NCBI GenBank assembly: GCA_964491435.1
Contig: CAZBGE010000003.1
Coordinates: 3,644 to 67,643 of the forward strand
Length of the DNA: 64,000 nt
Source of the DNA: an uncultured Smithella sp.
GTDB taxonomy: Bacteria > Desulfobacterota > Syntrophia > Syntrophales > Smithellaceae
Reading direction: 5' to 3'
In this document: positions 29,348 to 38,807 of the stretch, one piece after another
Layout: each line of letters begins with the position of its first letter
Position numbering within the stretch: the first letter of the stretch is position 1
The notes under the pieces: generated by a model
What the model was told of the DNA's origin: nothing
Databases searched by the model: none
Seen by the model: the letters and a program-made list of their open reading frames with translations, nothing else
Program-made: the position numbers and the translations under genes

Positions 29348-32079
29348 TGATAATTCTCCCGGTTGGCCGATGATTCTTCCTCACTCCGGCATTGCCTCAT
29401 GTTTTCTTCCAGAACCCTTCGGATCAGCCGGGTAAATTCGTTCATGATAATGGGTTTTAAGACGTATTCCCGGACGCCGATGACTTTGGCCTGCTCCGGC
29501 GAAACAGTGGCGCTGAAACCAGTGCATAAAATAATGGGGAGTTCCGGCCGGATCCGCAGCATGGTTTTAGCCAGGTCCGCTCCGGTCAGATAAGGCATCG
29601 TCTGATCGGTGATGACCAGATCATAAGCAAAAGGATCGGCTTGAAAAAGCTGCAGCGCTTCCAGAGAACTGTTCCGGGCCGTCATTTTGTATCCGAGGCG
29701 GGACAGGGACTTGGACATCATCTCCACCATGAAATCCTGATCGTCAATCAGGAGAATCCGTTCCGTGCCTCCGACGGCGGGAACAACCTTCGCCTCCTGA
29801 AGTTGCGCGCTCTGTTGCGCCAGCATGGGCAAATAAATAAAAAAGACGGTTCCTTTGCCGACTGTGCTTTCCAGACAAATATGCCCTCCGTAGCTTTTCA
29901 CAATGCCATGGACGACGGCCAGGCCCATGCCCGTTCCTTCTCCTGTTTTTTTCGTCGTGAAGAAAGGATCGAATATTTGGCTCTGAATTTTTTCATTGAT
30001 GCCGTGCCCGTCGTCAGCCACTTGAAGTTCCAGGTAGTCGCCCGCGTTTAAATGCTCACGCAGAGATGGATGTTCCTCAGAGATCGCCATTTGCTTGAGC
30101 CCGATGGTTAACGTGCCGCCTTTCTCGCTCATGGCGTGCGCGGCATTGGTGCATAAATTCAGCAATACTTGATGCACCTGAGTCGCATCCGCCAGAATGA
30201 ATGCGTCATGGACCTGGATGTTTTGCCTGATGAAGATGGTGGAAGGCAGCATGGCGCGCAGCAGCTTGATGATTTCCTTAATCACGGGGGCGATCATTAA
30301 AGGCTTCCTGGCTGTCGCGTCGCGGCGGCTGAAAGCCAGAATCTGCGCAACCAGATTTTTGGCCCGGTCGCTGGCGCGGAAGATCTCGTCGATACATTCG
30401 CCCGCAGGGCTTTCCGCCGGCAATTCTTCCAGGGCCATGCCCGCATAACCGATGATGGCGCCTAAAATATTGTTGAAATCATGGGCGATTCCTCCGGCCA
30501 GGGTTCCAATGGCTTCCATCTTCTGGGCCTGGATCAATTGCGCTTCCATTTTCTTGCGCTCGGTGATGTCGTTAAATAAAATGGCGAATTGTCCCTTTTG
30601 CGGACAAAACGCATGAATCTGATAATGGCGCTCCGATTCTTTGACATAATTTTCAAAAGAAAGGGGTTCCCCGGTTAAGGCGACCTTTCCATAGATGGCG
30701 ATGTTGCCGGTTTCCGAAGGAGGCAAGACCTGCCGGCAGCATTTGCCGATGACTTGCGCGGCCTTCAGATTGGTTATGGTCTCGAATGCCGGATTGATAT
30801 CCAGAAAACGGTAGTCAACGGGATCGCCGTGATGATCGCAAATGATTTCATGAAGCGCAAAGCCTTCCAGCATTTCCGTAAACAGGGAGCGATACTTCTG
30901 CTCGCTTTCCCGCAACTTGTCTTCGGCTTGTTTGTATCCGGTGATGTCATAGCTGATGCCGATCATATGCAAGGGAGCGCCGTTGGCGTCTCTGGTTACT
31001 TTGCCGTAAGAACGGATGTGTTTCAGGGTTCCGTCAGGATGGATGACCCGGAAAGCGGTATGATAGTTTTTGTCGCCCCTCAGCGCTTGCTGAATTTCAG
31101 CTTCGTTCGAGGCAGCGTCATCCGGGTGGAGACTGTTTCGCCAGGCCTCCTGCATGTCAACAATATTTTCCTTGTTCATGCCGTGGAGTTCATACATCCG
31201 GTCATTCCACACCACATGATTATTCCGCAGATCTTTGTCCCACACGCCCAGATTCGCCGCTTTGGTGGCCAGATCAAGTCTTTCCAATAAATTTTTCTTT
31301 GCTTCCGCCTCCTTTTTGCGCTCGGTGATGTTGCGGGCGATAAATAAGACGCCGGCCGGTTTTCCGTTTTCCTGAAATAATTGCGAAAGAATATCCAGGA
31401 TGACTCTCTGGCCTTTTGCGTCAACGATTTCCCATTCATAGGCGGAAATGCCGGCATAGCCGTCCATCCTCCTTTGCATCATGGCTTGCTGCATCTCCAG
31501 AAGTTCCGGGGGGGTAAAGGCGGTGATGCTCATTCCGGTGGGGTCAACATCTCCCAGCAAGTCCCGGACCGCTTTGTTGACGTAAGTGATCTTCCAGCTG
31601 AAATCAGAAGTAATAATAAGATCTTGTATCGTTTCCGTAATCAGGCGGTAGTTTTCCCAGCTTTTGTGCCATTCCCGTTCGATGCGTTTGAGCGCATTGC
31701 GCACCCTGGCTTCGGTCAATTCTCTGTTAATGGCCGGGAGCAGACGGTGCAGATTTTCCTTCCGGATGTAATCGCGCGCTCCCAGACGCATGCATTCCAC
31801 GGCCGCTTCTTCATCAATGACGCCGGAGACAATGATCAGGGGAATATCCAGATCCTCTTCCGTTAACAGATTGATCGCGTCATGCACATTGAATCCGGGC
31901 AGATTGTAGTCGCACAAAATGACATCCCACTGTTTTCCGTCAAGCGCCTTGCGCATGGTTTTGGCCGTTTCGACCCGTAAAAAGTCGGGATCGTAACCGC
32001 CCTTTTTCAGGGCGCGCGCAATGAGCGAAACATCATCTTTATTATCTTCGATAATCAGAACCCGCAGGGGTGTCAGCAT
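29344..32079 (-). CDS. Hybrid sensor histidine kinase (REC-PAS x3-HisKA-HATPase-REC)
   Basis: 911 aa.
- N-terminal canonical receiver (VLIIEDNKDD...ILCDYNLPG...DYIRK).
- H-box GIAHDFNNILGAI.
- G-boxes DDGHGI and GTGMGLAV.
- C-terminal receiver (ILLIDDQ...VITDQTMP). Confidence 0.9.
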   Translation of the reverse strand: MLTPLRVLIIEDNKDDVSLIARALKKGGYDPDFLRVETAKTMRKALDGKQWDVILCDYNLPGFNVHDAINLLTEEDLDIPLIIVSGVIDEEAAVECMRLGARDYIRKENLHRLLPAINRELTEARVRNALKRIEREWHKSWENYRLITETIQDLIITSDFSWKITYVNKAVRDLLGDVDPTGMSITAFTPPELLEMQQAMMQRRMDGYAGISAYEWEIVDAKGQRVILDILSQLFQENGKPAGVLFIARNITERKKEAEAKKNLLERLDLATKAANLGVWDKDLRNNHVVWNDRMYELHGMNKENIVDMQEAWRNSLHPDDAASNEAEIQQALRGDKNYHTAFRVIHPDGTLKHIRSYGKVTRDANGAPLHMIGISYDITGYKQAEDKLRESEQKYRSLFTEMLEGFALHEIICDHHGDPVDYRFLDINPAFETITNLKAAQVIGKCCRQVLPPSETGNIAIYGKVALTGEPLSFENYVKESERHYQIHAFCPQKGQFAILFNDITERKKMEAQLIQAQKMEAIGTLAGGIAHDFNNILGAIIGYAGMALEELPAESPAGECIDEIFRASDRAKNLVAQILAFSRRDATARKPLMIAPVIKEIIKLLRAMLPSTIFIRQNIQVHDAFILADATQVHQVLLNLCTNAAHAMSEKGGTLTIGLKQMAISEEHPSLREHLNAGDYLELQVADDGHGINEKIQSQIFDPFFTTKKTGEGTGMGLAVVHGIVKSYGGHICLESTVGKGTVFFIYLPMLAQQSAQLQEAKVVPAVGGTERILLIDDQDFMVEMMSKSLSRLGYKMTARNSSLEALQLFQADPFAYDLVITDQTMPYLTGADLAKTMLRIRPELPIILCTGFSATVSPEQAKVIGVREYVLKPIIMNEFTRLIRRVLEENMRQCRSEEESSANRENYQ

Positions 32080-32098
32080 GGCATGCTCCTCTTTGACG

Positions 32099-32497
32099 TT
32101 AAGTGATTAATCCAAAAGATCTCAAATAGTCCAATAATTTTGATTTATTCACCGGTTTTACCAGATATGCGTCGCAGAGGGATTTAAAAGCGCCGATGAC
32201 GTTTTTGGGATCGCCCAGGGCCGTTGTCATAATGATTTTCACGCCGGCGCTGGAATTGATTCCCATTTCTTCCTCCAGAGAGCGTATTTTTTTGAGCGCT
32301 TCCATGCCGTCCACCTCCGGCATCATTACATCCAGGCATATGAGCTGATAGGGTTTTCCTTCTTCGAGGGCAAGGGCGAAAGCATCTATGGCTTCCTTTC
32401 CGTTGACGGCGATGTGGCATTCGCCGTATGCGGATAAAATGGTCTGCAGCAACAACCGGCTGGTGAAATCATCCTCTACAATCAGTATTTTCATCAT
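32099..32497 (-). CDS. Single-domain CheY-like response regulator
   Basis: 132 aa (KILIVEDD...LICLDVMMPEVDG...YLVKP). Its start overlaps the 3' end of the upstream hybrid kinase by 29 nt. Confidence 0.9.
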   Translation of the reverse strand: MMKILIVEDDFTSRLLLQTILSAYGECHIAVNGKEAIDAFALALEEGKPYQLICLDVMMPEVDGMEALKKIRSLEEEMGINSSAGVKIIMTTALGDPKNVIGAFKSLCDAYLVKPVNKSKLLDYLRSFGLIT

Positions 32498-35294
32498 GAT
32501 GCCTCCCTTTCTTATGATATTGTTTTAGCCAGGGTGATTTTTCTATTACTCTTTTATACATTTCCAATTGTTTTTCAAGCTGTGGAAAAAGCCCTGCGGC
32601 TTTCGCGAGCGCTTTTTTTCCGCCCGCTTCTTCCATCCGCTCCGCCGCCTTCCGCAGGGAAGCCGCTCCGGCGTTTGCCGCGGCTCCCTTGATGGCATGG
32701 GCTTGCCTTTTTACCCCGGTGATATCGTTTTTTTCAAGATAAGTTCTCAGCGTGCAGAACTGCGCGGGCATGTCCTTCAAAAATGCGTCAATGATGACGC
32801 CCGCCAGCCGCCCGTCATTCATCAACCGCTCAATCATGTCCTGTTCGTCAAAAATAATCCGCCGGGCGTCCGGAACTTTATTCGGCAAGCCGGGGCGGAA
32901 CCGGTCTGCATTTTTTTCTTCAGCTCCCTTTGCCTGATTCAGCCACCGGGAGAGGGTTTTGGTCAGCGTTTGCAGTTGCAGGGGTTTGGCCAGGTAATCG
33001 TTCATCCCCGCCTCCAGATATCCTCGCCGGCCGTTGACCGGCGCGCGAGCCGTGACGGCGATGATGGGGATGTCCGGATTCAGGGCGCCTGTTTCCCGCC
33101 TGCGGATGAGACGAGTGAGATCGCAGCCGTCCATTTCGGGCATTTGGCAATCCATCAGCACCGCATCATACTGAATTGTCCGCAGCGCGTCAATCGCCGT
33201 GACGCCGTCGGACGCAATATCGGCCAGGCAGCCGAGTTTTTTCAGTAAAGCCAGCATGACGGTTTGACTGGTTGCGTTGTCTTCGACTACCAGAATTTTT
33301 CTTTCCGTTATATGCGCATGTGGCGCGGCGGCGCCTTGTTCCGCGGCGGTTTTGCCGCTGTTTCCCCGGCGCATGGCCGCGGCGATGGCGTCATGAAGAC
33401 ACGCGCGCCGGATCGGTTTGGTGCAGTATCCGTCGAAGCCGGTTTGCGCGAAGCGTGATGCGTCGCTCCCTTTGCCCAGAACAGCCATCGCAATCAGGCG
33501 GGTTTGGCTGAGCGTCTGGTCTTCCCTGATCCGGCGGCACAGGGTTTCCTCATCCATGTCCGGCATCCCCGCATCCAGAAGAGCAATCTGAAAAGGGTCC
33601 TTGTCCCGCAGCGCCTTGCGCAGGGCGGCCAGGGCGGAAGCCCCGTCCGGGACGGAAACAGCGCGGCATTGCCATTTTTGCAGCAGTGCGGCCGCCGCCA
33701 TCCGGCTGTCGGCGTGCTCATCGGCCACCAGAACTTTGATGCCGCTCAGATCCGCCGGCTCGTCCGTTGCCGTGTCCGTCTCCCGGGGCTGATTTTCAAA
33801 AACGGCGGTAAACCAGAAAGAGGAACCTTCGCCGATTTCACTTTCACAGCCGGCCCGGCCGTTCATTAATTCCGCCAGCCGCCGGGTAATGGCCAGGCCA
33901 AGTCCCGATCCCCCGTATTTGCGCGTGGTGGAACTGTCCACCTGTACAAAAGGCGAAAAAAGAGCGCCTTGCCGATCCCGTGGAATGCCGATTCCCGTAT
34001 CGGATACCGTAAAACGCAGTGTCACGGAAGGCGCGTTTTCACAGATTTTGGAGACCCTGATCATGACCCGGCCTTTTGGCGTGAATTTTACGGCATTGCC
34101 GGTCAGGTTGAGCAGGGCCTGACGCAGGCGTCCGGGATCGCCCCTGAGCTGCGCCGGCACGTCTGGTTCCATAAAAGCCGTGATTTCCAAATCTTTATTC
34201 TGGGCGCAGACGGCGGTCATTTCGGCGATATCCTCCAGGGTGTTTTGCAGATTGAAGTTCAACTTTTCCAGAGCCATTTTTTGCGCGTCCATTTTGGACA
34301 GGTCAAGAATATCATTAAGCAGGCCCAGCAGGGAAATGCCGCACTGCTGGATAATTTCGGCGAACCGCCTCTGTTCGCCGGTCAGTCTGGTATCCAGAAG
34401 CAGGTCTCCCATGCCGATAATGCCGTTCATGGGCGTGCGGATTTCATGGCTCATATTGGCGAGAAATTCGCTTTTTGCGGCGTTGGCGGCTTCGGCGGCG
34501 ATTTTCGCTTTCTGCAAATCATGCCGGGCCTGCGTCAGTTCGGTTATGTCGCGGGCCACAAACATCACGCCGGCCGGCTTCCCGTCTTCGGTGAGCAGCT
34601 GCGACCGCGCATCCATAATCAATGGCCGGCCGTTGATGTCCGGCAGGCGCCATTCAAACGGCAGAACTTCGCTGAAACCATCCCGTCTTTTTTGCATCAT
34701 TTCCATCTGCGAGGGGTGCATCGCGGCGGGTGTGAAGTCGGTCAGCTTTCGCCCGATCGGTTCTGCACCGCCCAGTAGTGCTCGCGCCGCTTTATTGACA
34801 TATCTGATCTCAAAATCCAGATTGGTGATCAAAATCAGATCCGGGGTGGTTTCGGCGATCAGGCGGTATTTTTCCCAGCTTCTTCCCCATTCCAGCTCCA
34901 CCTGCCTGAGAGCATGCCTGATTTTGGCTTCCGCCAGCTCCCTTTCAATGGCCGGCTTCAGCCCTGCCTCGTCATCCTTCAGGATGTAATCACGGGCGCC
35001 CTGACGCATGCATTCCACAATTGTTTCCCGGCTGGCCTTTCCGTCGATGATGAGCAGGGGAATATCGAGATGTTTTTCCTTGAGCAATTTGAGGATGGCC
35101 AATACGTTCGCGGCGGGCAGGTCCTTGCACAAAATAATGTCCCAGGAATTGTTTCCGAGGGCGTCGCCCAGGGCTTCGGGAGTATTTACCCGCAAGCAAC
35201 CGGGACGGTATCCTCCGTCCGCCAGCAGATTCAAGAGCGGTGGAAGGCCTTTTGCCGCCCCGGCCGCAATCAGGACGCGCGGAATATTTTCCAT
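32469..35294 (-). CDS. Hybrid sensor histidine kinase with degenerate N-terminal receiver (pseudo-REC-PAS-HisKA-HATPase-REC-REC-Hpt)
   Basis: - H-box MSHEIRTPMNGIIGM and G-boxes DTGIGI and GSGLGLAI.
- Two receivers (VLVADEH...ALLDAGMPDM; ILVVEDN...VLMDCQMPEMDG).
- Hpt histidine at QAHAIKGAAANAG (about 32686-32707).
- I set the start at ATG 35294 (MENIPRV, GGTGGAG RBS). The in-frame extension to 35663 overlaps the real receiver gene 35311-35682. Confidence 0.88.
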   Translation of the reverse strand: MENIPRVLIAAGAAKGLPPLLNLLADGGYRPGCLRVNTPEALGDALGNNSWDIILCKDLPAANVLAILKLLKEKHLDIPLLIIDGKASRETIVECMRQGARDYILKDDEAGLKPAIERELAEAKIRHALRQVELEWGRSWEKYRLIAETTPDLILITNLDFEIRYVNKAARALLGGAEPIGRKLTDFTPAAMHPSQMEMMQKRRDGFSEVLPFEWRLPDINGRPLIMDARSQLLTEDGKPAGVMFVARDITELTQARHDLQKAKIAAEAANAAKSEFLANMSHEIRTPMNGIIGMGDLLLDTRLTGEQRRFAEIIQQCGISLLGLLNDILDLSKMDAQKMALEKLNFNLQNTLEDIAEMTAVCAQNKDLEITAFMEPDVPAQLRGDPGRLRQALLNLTGNAVKFTPKGRVMIRVSKICENAPSVTLRFTVSDTGIGIPRDRQGALFSPFVQVDSSTTRKYGGSGLGLAITRRLAELMNGRAGCESEIGEGSSFWFTAVFENQPRETDTATDEPADLSGIKVLVADEHADSRMAAAALLQKWQCRAVSVPDGASALAALRKALRDKDPFQIALLDAGMPDMDEETLCRRIREDQTLSQTRLIAMAVLGKGSDASRFAQTGFDGYCTKPIRRACLHDAIAAAMRRGNSGKTAAEQGAAAPHAHITERKILVVEDNATSQTVMLALLKKLGCLADIASDGVTAIDALRTIQYDAVLMDCQMPEMDGCDLTRLIRRRETGALNPDIPIIAVTARAPVNGRRGYLEAGMNDYLAKPLQLQTLTKTLSRWLNQAKGAEEKNADRFRPGLPNKVPDARRIIFDEQDMIERLMNDGRLAGVIIDAFLKDMPAQFCTLRTYLEKNDITGVKRQAHAIKGAAANAGAASLRKAAERMEEAGGKKALAKAAGLFPQLEKQLEMYKRVIEKSPWLKQYHKKGRHHDENTDCRG

Positions 35295-35310
35295 CTTTTC
35301 TCCACCCGTA

Positions 35311-35682
35311 TCATTCCGCAAGCAGCTCTTTGACCGCCGCGAGAATTTCACTGTGTGTAAACGGTTTGACCAATGTTTTCTGTGCTCCCAGGTTTCCGGC
35401 CAATTCCAAATAATACTCTCCGGAATTGAGCTGGCCGCCGCCGGAGATGGCGATAATCCTTGTCGCCGGATATTTCTTGTGGAATTCCATAATGGTTTCA
35501 ATTCCTTCCTTTTCGGGCATGACCAGGTCCGTGACGATGAGATCGAATGGACCTTCTTCCTGACGCCGGACAGCCTCTTTGCCGTTTTCAGCGACGGACA
35601 CGTCAAATCCGTTGGCGGTAAAGAGCTTCCGCAGCATGGCTCTGATAGCGTCGTCGTCGTCAATGACCAAAATGCGTTTCAT
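35311..35682 (-). CDS. Single-domain CheY-like response regulator
   Basis: 123 aa (ILVIDDDD...LIVTDLVMPEKEG...TLVKP). It sits 16 nt downstream of cheB and 16 nt upstream of the hybrid kinase. Confidence 0.9.
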   Translation of the reverse strand: MKRILVIDDDDAIRAMLRKLFTANGFDVSVAENGKEAVRRQEEGPFDLIVTDLVMPEKEGIETIMEFHKKYPATRIIAISGGGQLNSGEYYLELAGNLGAQKTLVKPFTHSEILAAVKELLAE

Positions 35683-35698
35683 GGCGTTATCCTTTCCG

Positions 35699-36775
35699 TT
35701 ATGATTCCCTGCATTGCCGCAGCACTTTGTCGGGAATGTTTTCCAGAGGTTGTATTGTTTTCACCGCTCCCAGTTTGACGGCCTCCTGCGGCATGCCGTA
35801 AACGACGCAGGTAGCCTCATCCTGTGCAATAGTGTAAGCGCCGGATTCTTTCATTTCCAGCATGCCTTTGGCTCCGTCATCGCCCATGCCGGTCATGATG
35901 ACGCCGACGGCATTTGGCCCGGCGTAACGGGCGGCGGAGCGGAACAAAACGTCCACGGAGGGACGATGCCGGGAGATCAGGGGGCCGGATTTGATCTCCA
36001 CGTAATAGCGGGCGCCGCTGCGCTTGAGCAGCATGTGATAGTTGCCGGGAGCAATCAGCGCCCGTCCCGTAATGACGGTGTCGTCATCCGAGGCCTCCTT
36101 CACGGAGACGCGGCAAATCGAATCAAGTCTGGCGGCGAACGACTTGGTGAAGTTTTCGGGCATGTGTTGCACAATGACGATGCCGGGGGCGTCCAGCGGC
36201 ATTTTTTCCAGGAAAATGCGGATGGCCTCGGTGCCGCCCGTCGATGCGCCGACCACGATTACTTTTTCCGTTGTTTCTATCATGGCGTTTGTTTTAGGTT
36301 TTGGCATCATCGCGTCCGCCGTGAGCTTCGGCTCAATGTGGGGGCGCGCCGAAAGGCGCCGGAGCTTTGCCTGTACCGCCGCCTTGACGGAGTCGCAGAT
36401 GCGGATTTTCGACTCTTCCAGAAATTGCCGGGAGCCCAGCTTTGGTTTCTGGATGATATCCACCGCCCCGTATTCAAGCGCTTTAAGAGCGGAGCCGGAA
36501 TTTTCTTCCGTCAGTGATGAGCAGATGACGACCGGAAGAGGATGCTGAGTCATGATTTTCTGCAAAAAAGTAATTCCGTCCATCCGCGGCATTTCCACAT
36601 CAAGCATAATGACATCGGGCGCTTGTTCCCTCATCCGCTGAGCGGCAATGAGCGGATCCGCTGCTGCCGCCATGACTTCAAGATCCGGATCGGAATTGAA
36701 GATTTCCGTCAAGGCTTGCCGTACCACGGCGGAGTCGTCAACGATCAGAATGCGGATTTTCTTTTTTTGCGCCAT
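35699..36775 (-). CDS. cheB: Chemotaxis response regulator protein-glutamate methylesterase
   Basis: REC domain ([13 protein letters not shown]...[12 protein letters not shown]) plus methylesterase domain (GASTGG, IVQHMP, GMGDDGA). I chose the start at ATG 36775 (MAQKKK), which has an AAGGAAA RBS. Confidence 0.92.
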   Translation of the reverse strand: MAQKKKIRILIVDDSAVVRQALTEIFNSDPDLEVMAAAADPLIAAQRMREQAPDVIMLDVEMPRMDGITFLQKIMTQHPLPVVICSSLTEENSGSALKALEYGAVDIIQKPKLGSRQFLEESKIRICDSVKAAVQAKLRRLSARPHIEPKLTADAMMPKPKTNAMIETTEKVIVVGASTGGTEAIRIFLEKMPLDAPGIVIVQHMPENFTKSFAARLDSICRVSVKEASDDDTVITGRALIAPGNYHMLLKRSGARYYVEIKSGPLISRHRPSVDVLFRSAARYAGPNAVGVIMTGMGDDGAKGMLEMKESGAYTIAQDEATCVVYGMPQEAVKLGAVKTIQPLENIPDKVLRQCRES

Positions 36776-36832
36776 GAGGATTTCCTTTTGCCGTCTTTTT
36801 GGTTTCCGGAACATGAGCGGGGTGGCTCATGC

Positions 36833-37348
36833 TTATTGCCTCAGCACGACAATTCCTGTTTTCGTATTGAAGCTGATTTTCCGCCCTGCCGTTCCGCCGA
36901 CGTCGCAGCAGTGAATGGTGAAGCCGTGATCCGCGATGACTTTTTTGGCCGCGATCAAATTTTGCAGTCCGACGGGCTTTATGCCTGCGGACTGCTTTGG
37001 CGAGGCGATCATCTTCGCGCCGCCGAAAAGCTGGACTTGTGTTTCCGATGCGGCGATGCCGGAGCGGGAAAACGCTTCGATCATCATGGAAACGGAGCAG
37101 TCCACGTACCTGTATGCTTCCGGGCACTTTGCGCAGTCTTCGTTCAAAAGATCCCCGGCGTAATTTTTATAGACATGCCGTTTACAATGCGGCAGGAGCG
37201 CATGGCTGATGGCCGCCATCCCCAGTCGCTTGTTGAAGAGCGTCACCGCAATGCACGAACCGAGAATCGTGGTGATGATGGCCGGCCTTTCGATGATGGA
37301 TATTTCTCCCGGCTTCAGATACAAATGAACGTTCCCTGTTTTATTCAT
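36833..37348 (-). CDS. cheD: Chemoreceptor glutamine deamidase
   Basis: LKPGEISIIERPAIITTILGSCIAVTLF...HALLP is the CheD signature. The start at ATG 37348 overlaps the cheR stop by 8 nt. Confidence 0.88.
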   Translation of the reverse strand: MNKTGNVHLYLKPGEISIIERPAIITTILGSCIAVTLFNKRLGMAAISHALLPHCKRHVYKNYAGDLLNEDCAKCPEAYRYVDCSVSMMIEAFSRSGIAASETQVQLFGGAKMIASPKQSAGIKPVGLQNLIAAKKVIADHGFTIHCCDVGGTAGRKISFNTKTGIVVLRQ

Positions 37349-38213
37349 GATCTCGGATCTTCCTGTAGATGGATGACGCGACAAGCTGCAGGGGCAGGTT
37401 CATTCCGTTCAGCGTTTCCGAATGGCCCGTAAACAGCAAGCCGCCCGGCGCCAGATGGCGGCAAATCCTGCCCAGAATAGCCTCCTGAGTTTCGCGGTTG
37501 AAGTAAATCATGACGTTGCGGCAAAAGACAACATCAATGTTGTTTTGCAGATTATAATATGCGTCCATGAAATTCAAGCGCGCGAAAGTGACGCGGGCGC
37601 GCAGTTCCGGGACAATGCGCACCTCGCGGCCGTCCTTGCTTTTCAGGAGATATTTTTTGCGCAACGGCATCGGCACCGGTTCGGCCTTTTCGTGCGGGTA
37701 AATGGCCGTTGCCGCCTGACGAAGAACTTTTGTGGAAATATCTGTGGCCAATATGGAAAAGTGAAATAACGGATCGGTCAAGGCGTGTTCGGCCAGAACC
37801 ATCGCCAGGGTATAAGGCTCTTCGCCCGTGGAACATCCGGCCGACCAGAATTTCATATCGCGGACTCCGCGTCTTGATCCGTCACGCTGCAGGACGGCAA
37901 GCAAATGATTGCCAAGAAATTCAAAATGTCCGGATTCACGGAAAAAATCCGTCTTGTTGGTCGTGACGGCGTCAATCATGTGATAAAGTTCTTCTTCGGC
38001 GCCCGCCGGGCTGAACACGTAATCGGCGTAGGCGCCAAAAGAAAGGAGACGAAGCAGACGCAGGCGCTTGTGAAGGCGGGTCTGCAGCATCGTCTTTTTG
38101 GACAGAGGCATCTTGATGCCGCATTGTTTCTGAATAAACCCGCCAATGCGTAAAAAATCGGAGTCGGTCATGTTGCCGAACGCTATGTCTTGCCCTTTTT
38201 CATTCAATTCCAT
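37341..38213 (-). CDS. cheR: Chemotaxis protein methyltransferase
   Basis: 290 aa. CheR N-terminal helical domain plus SAM domain (FWSAGCSTGEEPYTLAM, ILATDIS, VFCRNVMIYF). Confidence 0.92.
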   Translation of the reverse strand: MELNEKGQDIAFGNMTDSDFLRIGGFIQKQCGIKMPLSKKTMLQTRLHKRLRLLRLLSFGAYADYVFSPAGAEEELYHMIDAVTTNKTDFFRESGHFEFLGNHLLAVLQRDGSRRGVRDMKFWSAGCSTGEEPYTLAMVLAEHALTDPLFHFSILATDISTKVLRQAATAIYPHEKAEPVPMPLRKKYLLKSKDGREVRIVPELRARVTFARLNFMDAYYNLQNNIDVVFCRNVMIYFNRETQEAILGRICRHLAPGGLLFTGHSETLNGMNLPLQLVASSIYRKIRDHE

Positions 38214-38225
38214 ACACTCACTGTG

Positions 38226-38720
38226 TCATGCGGCTTCGGTTTTTAATGCGTTTGCGGCCGTCATCTCTTCCAGCGAAAAGACCTTATCGATATCCAGAAT
38301 GATGACAAACGAATCATCGCGTTTCCCCATGCCCAGGATAAAGTCCGTGTTCAGTTTTGCGCCGATTCTGGGCGCCGGCTCAATCTGGGATGGTTCCAGT
38401 TCAAACACTTCCTGAACGGAATCCACCAGCGCGCCGAGGATGGTTGGTTCGTTGTCAATGGCTATTTCCACGACGATGATGCAGGTGTCGACGGTGCGTT
38501 CCTGCGTTAACATATTGAACTTCTGGCGCATATCGACAACCGGCACGACCGCTCCCCGGAGGTTGATGACGCCCTTCATGAATTCCGGCGTCTGCGGCAC
38601 TTTGGTGATAGCCGTATAGTCCAGTATTTCCCGGACCTTACCCACGTCCAGGGCGAATATTTCCTCGTCCAGTTTAAAAGTCAGATAAGGTCGAATTTCC
38701 GTTATTTTGGATATTGCCAT
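38226..38720 (-). CDS. cheW: Chemotaxis coupling protein
   Basis: 164 aa, CheW-like domain (YLTFKLDEEIFALDVGKVREIL, GVINLRGAVVPVVDMR). Confidence 0.92.
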   Translation of the reverse strand: MAISKITEIRPYLTFKLDEEIFALDVGKVREILDYTAITKVPQTPEFMKGVINLRGAVVPVVDMRQKFNMLTQERTVDTCIIVVEIAIDNEPTILGALVDSVQEVFELEPSQIEPAPRIGAKLNTDFILGMGKRDDSFVIILDIDKVFSLEEMTAANALKTEAA

Positions 38721-38807
38721 GGTCTAGTTCTCCCTTCCGGCCATTTTGGTGACATTCCGATTCAAAATTTCCTCATGAAAAAGGCGTCCGTCTGGAATCC
38801 GCGTTTG

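Noticed and set aside
35295-35663. 123-codon N-terminal extension of the hybrid kinase ORF (the ORF track gives 32469-35663)
   Set aside because: The extension overlaps, in another frame, the clearly real CheY-like receiver gene 35311-35682, and its translation is Ser/Arg/Pro-rich. ATG 35294 has a good RBS and begins the region homologous to the paralogous kinase.
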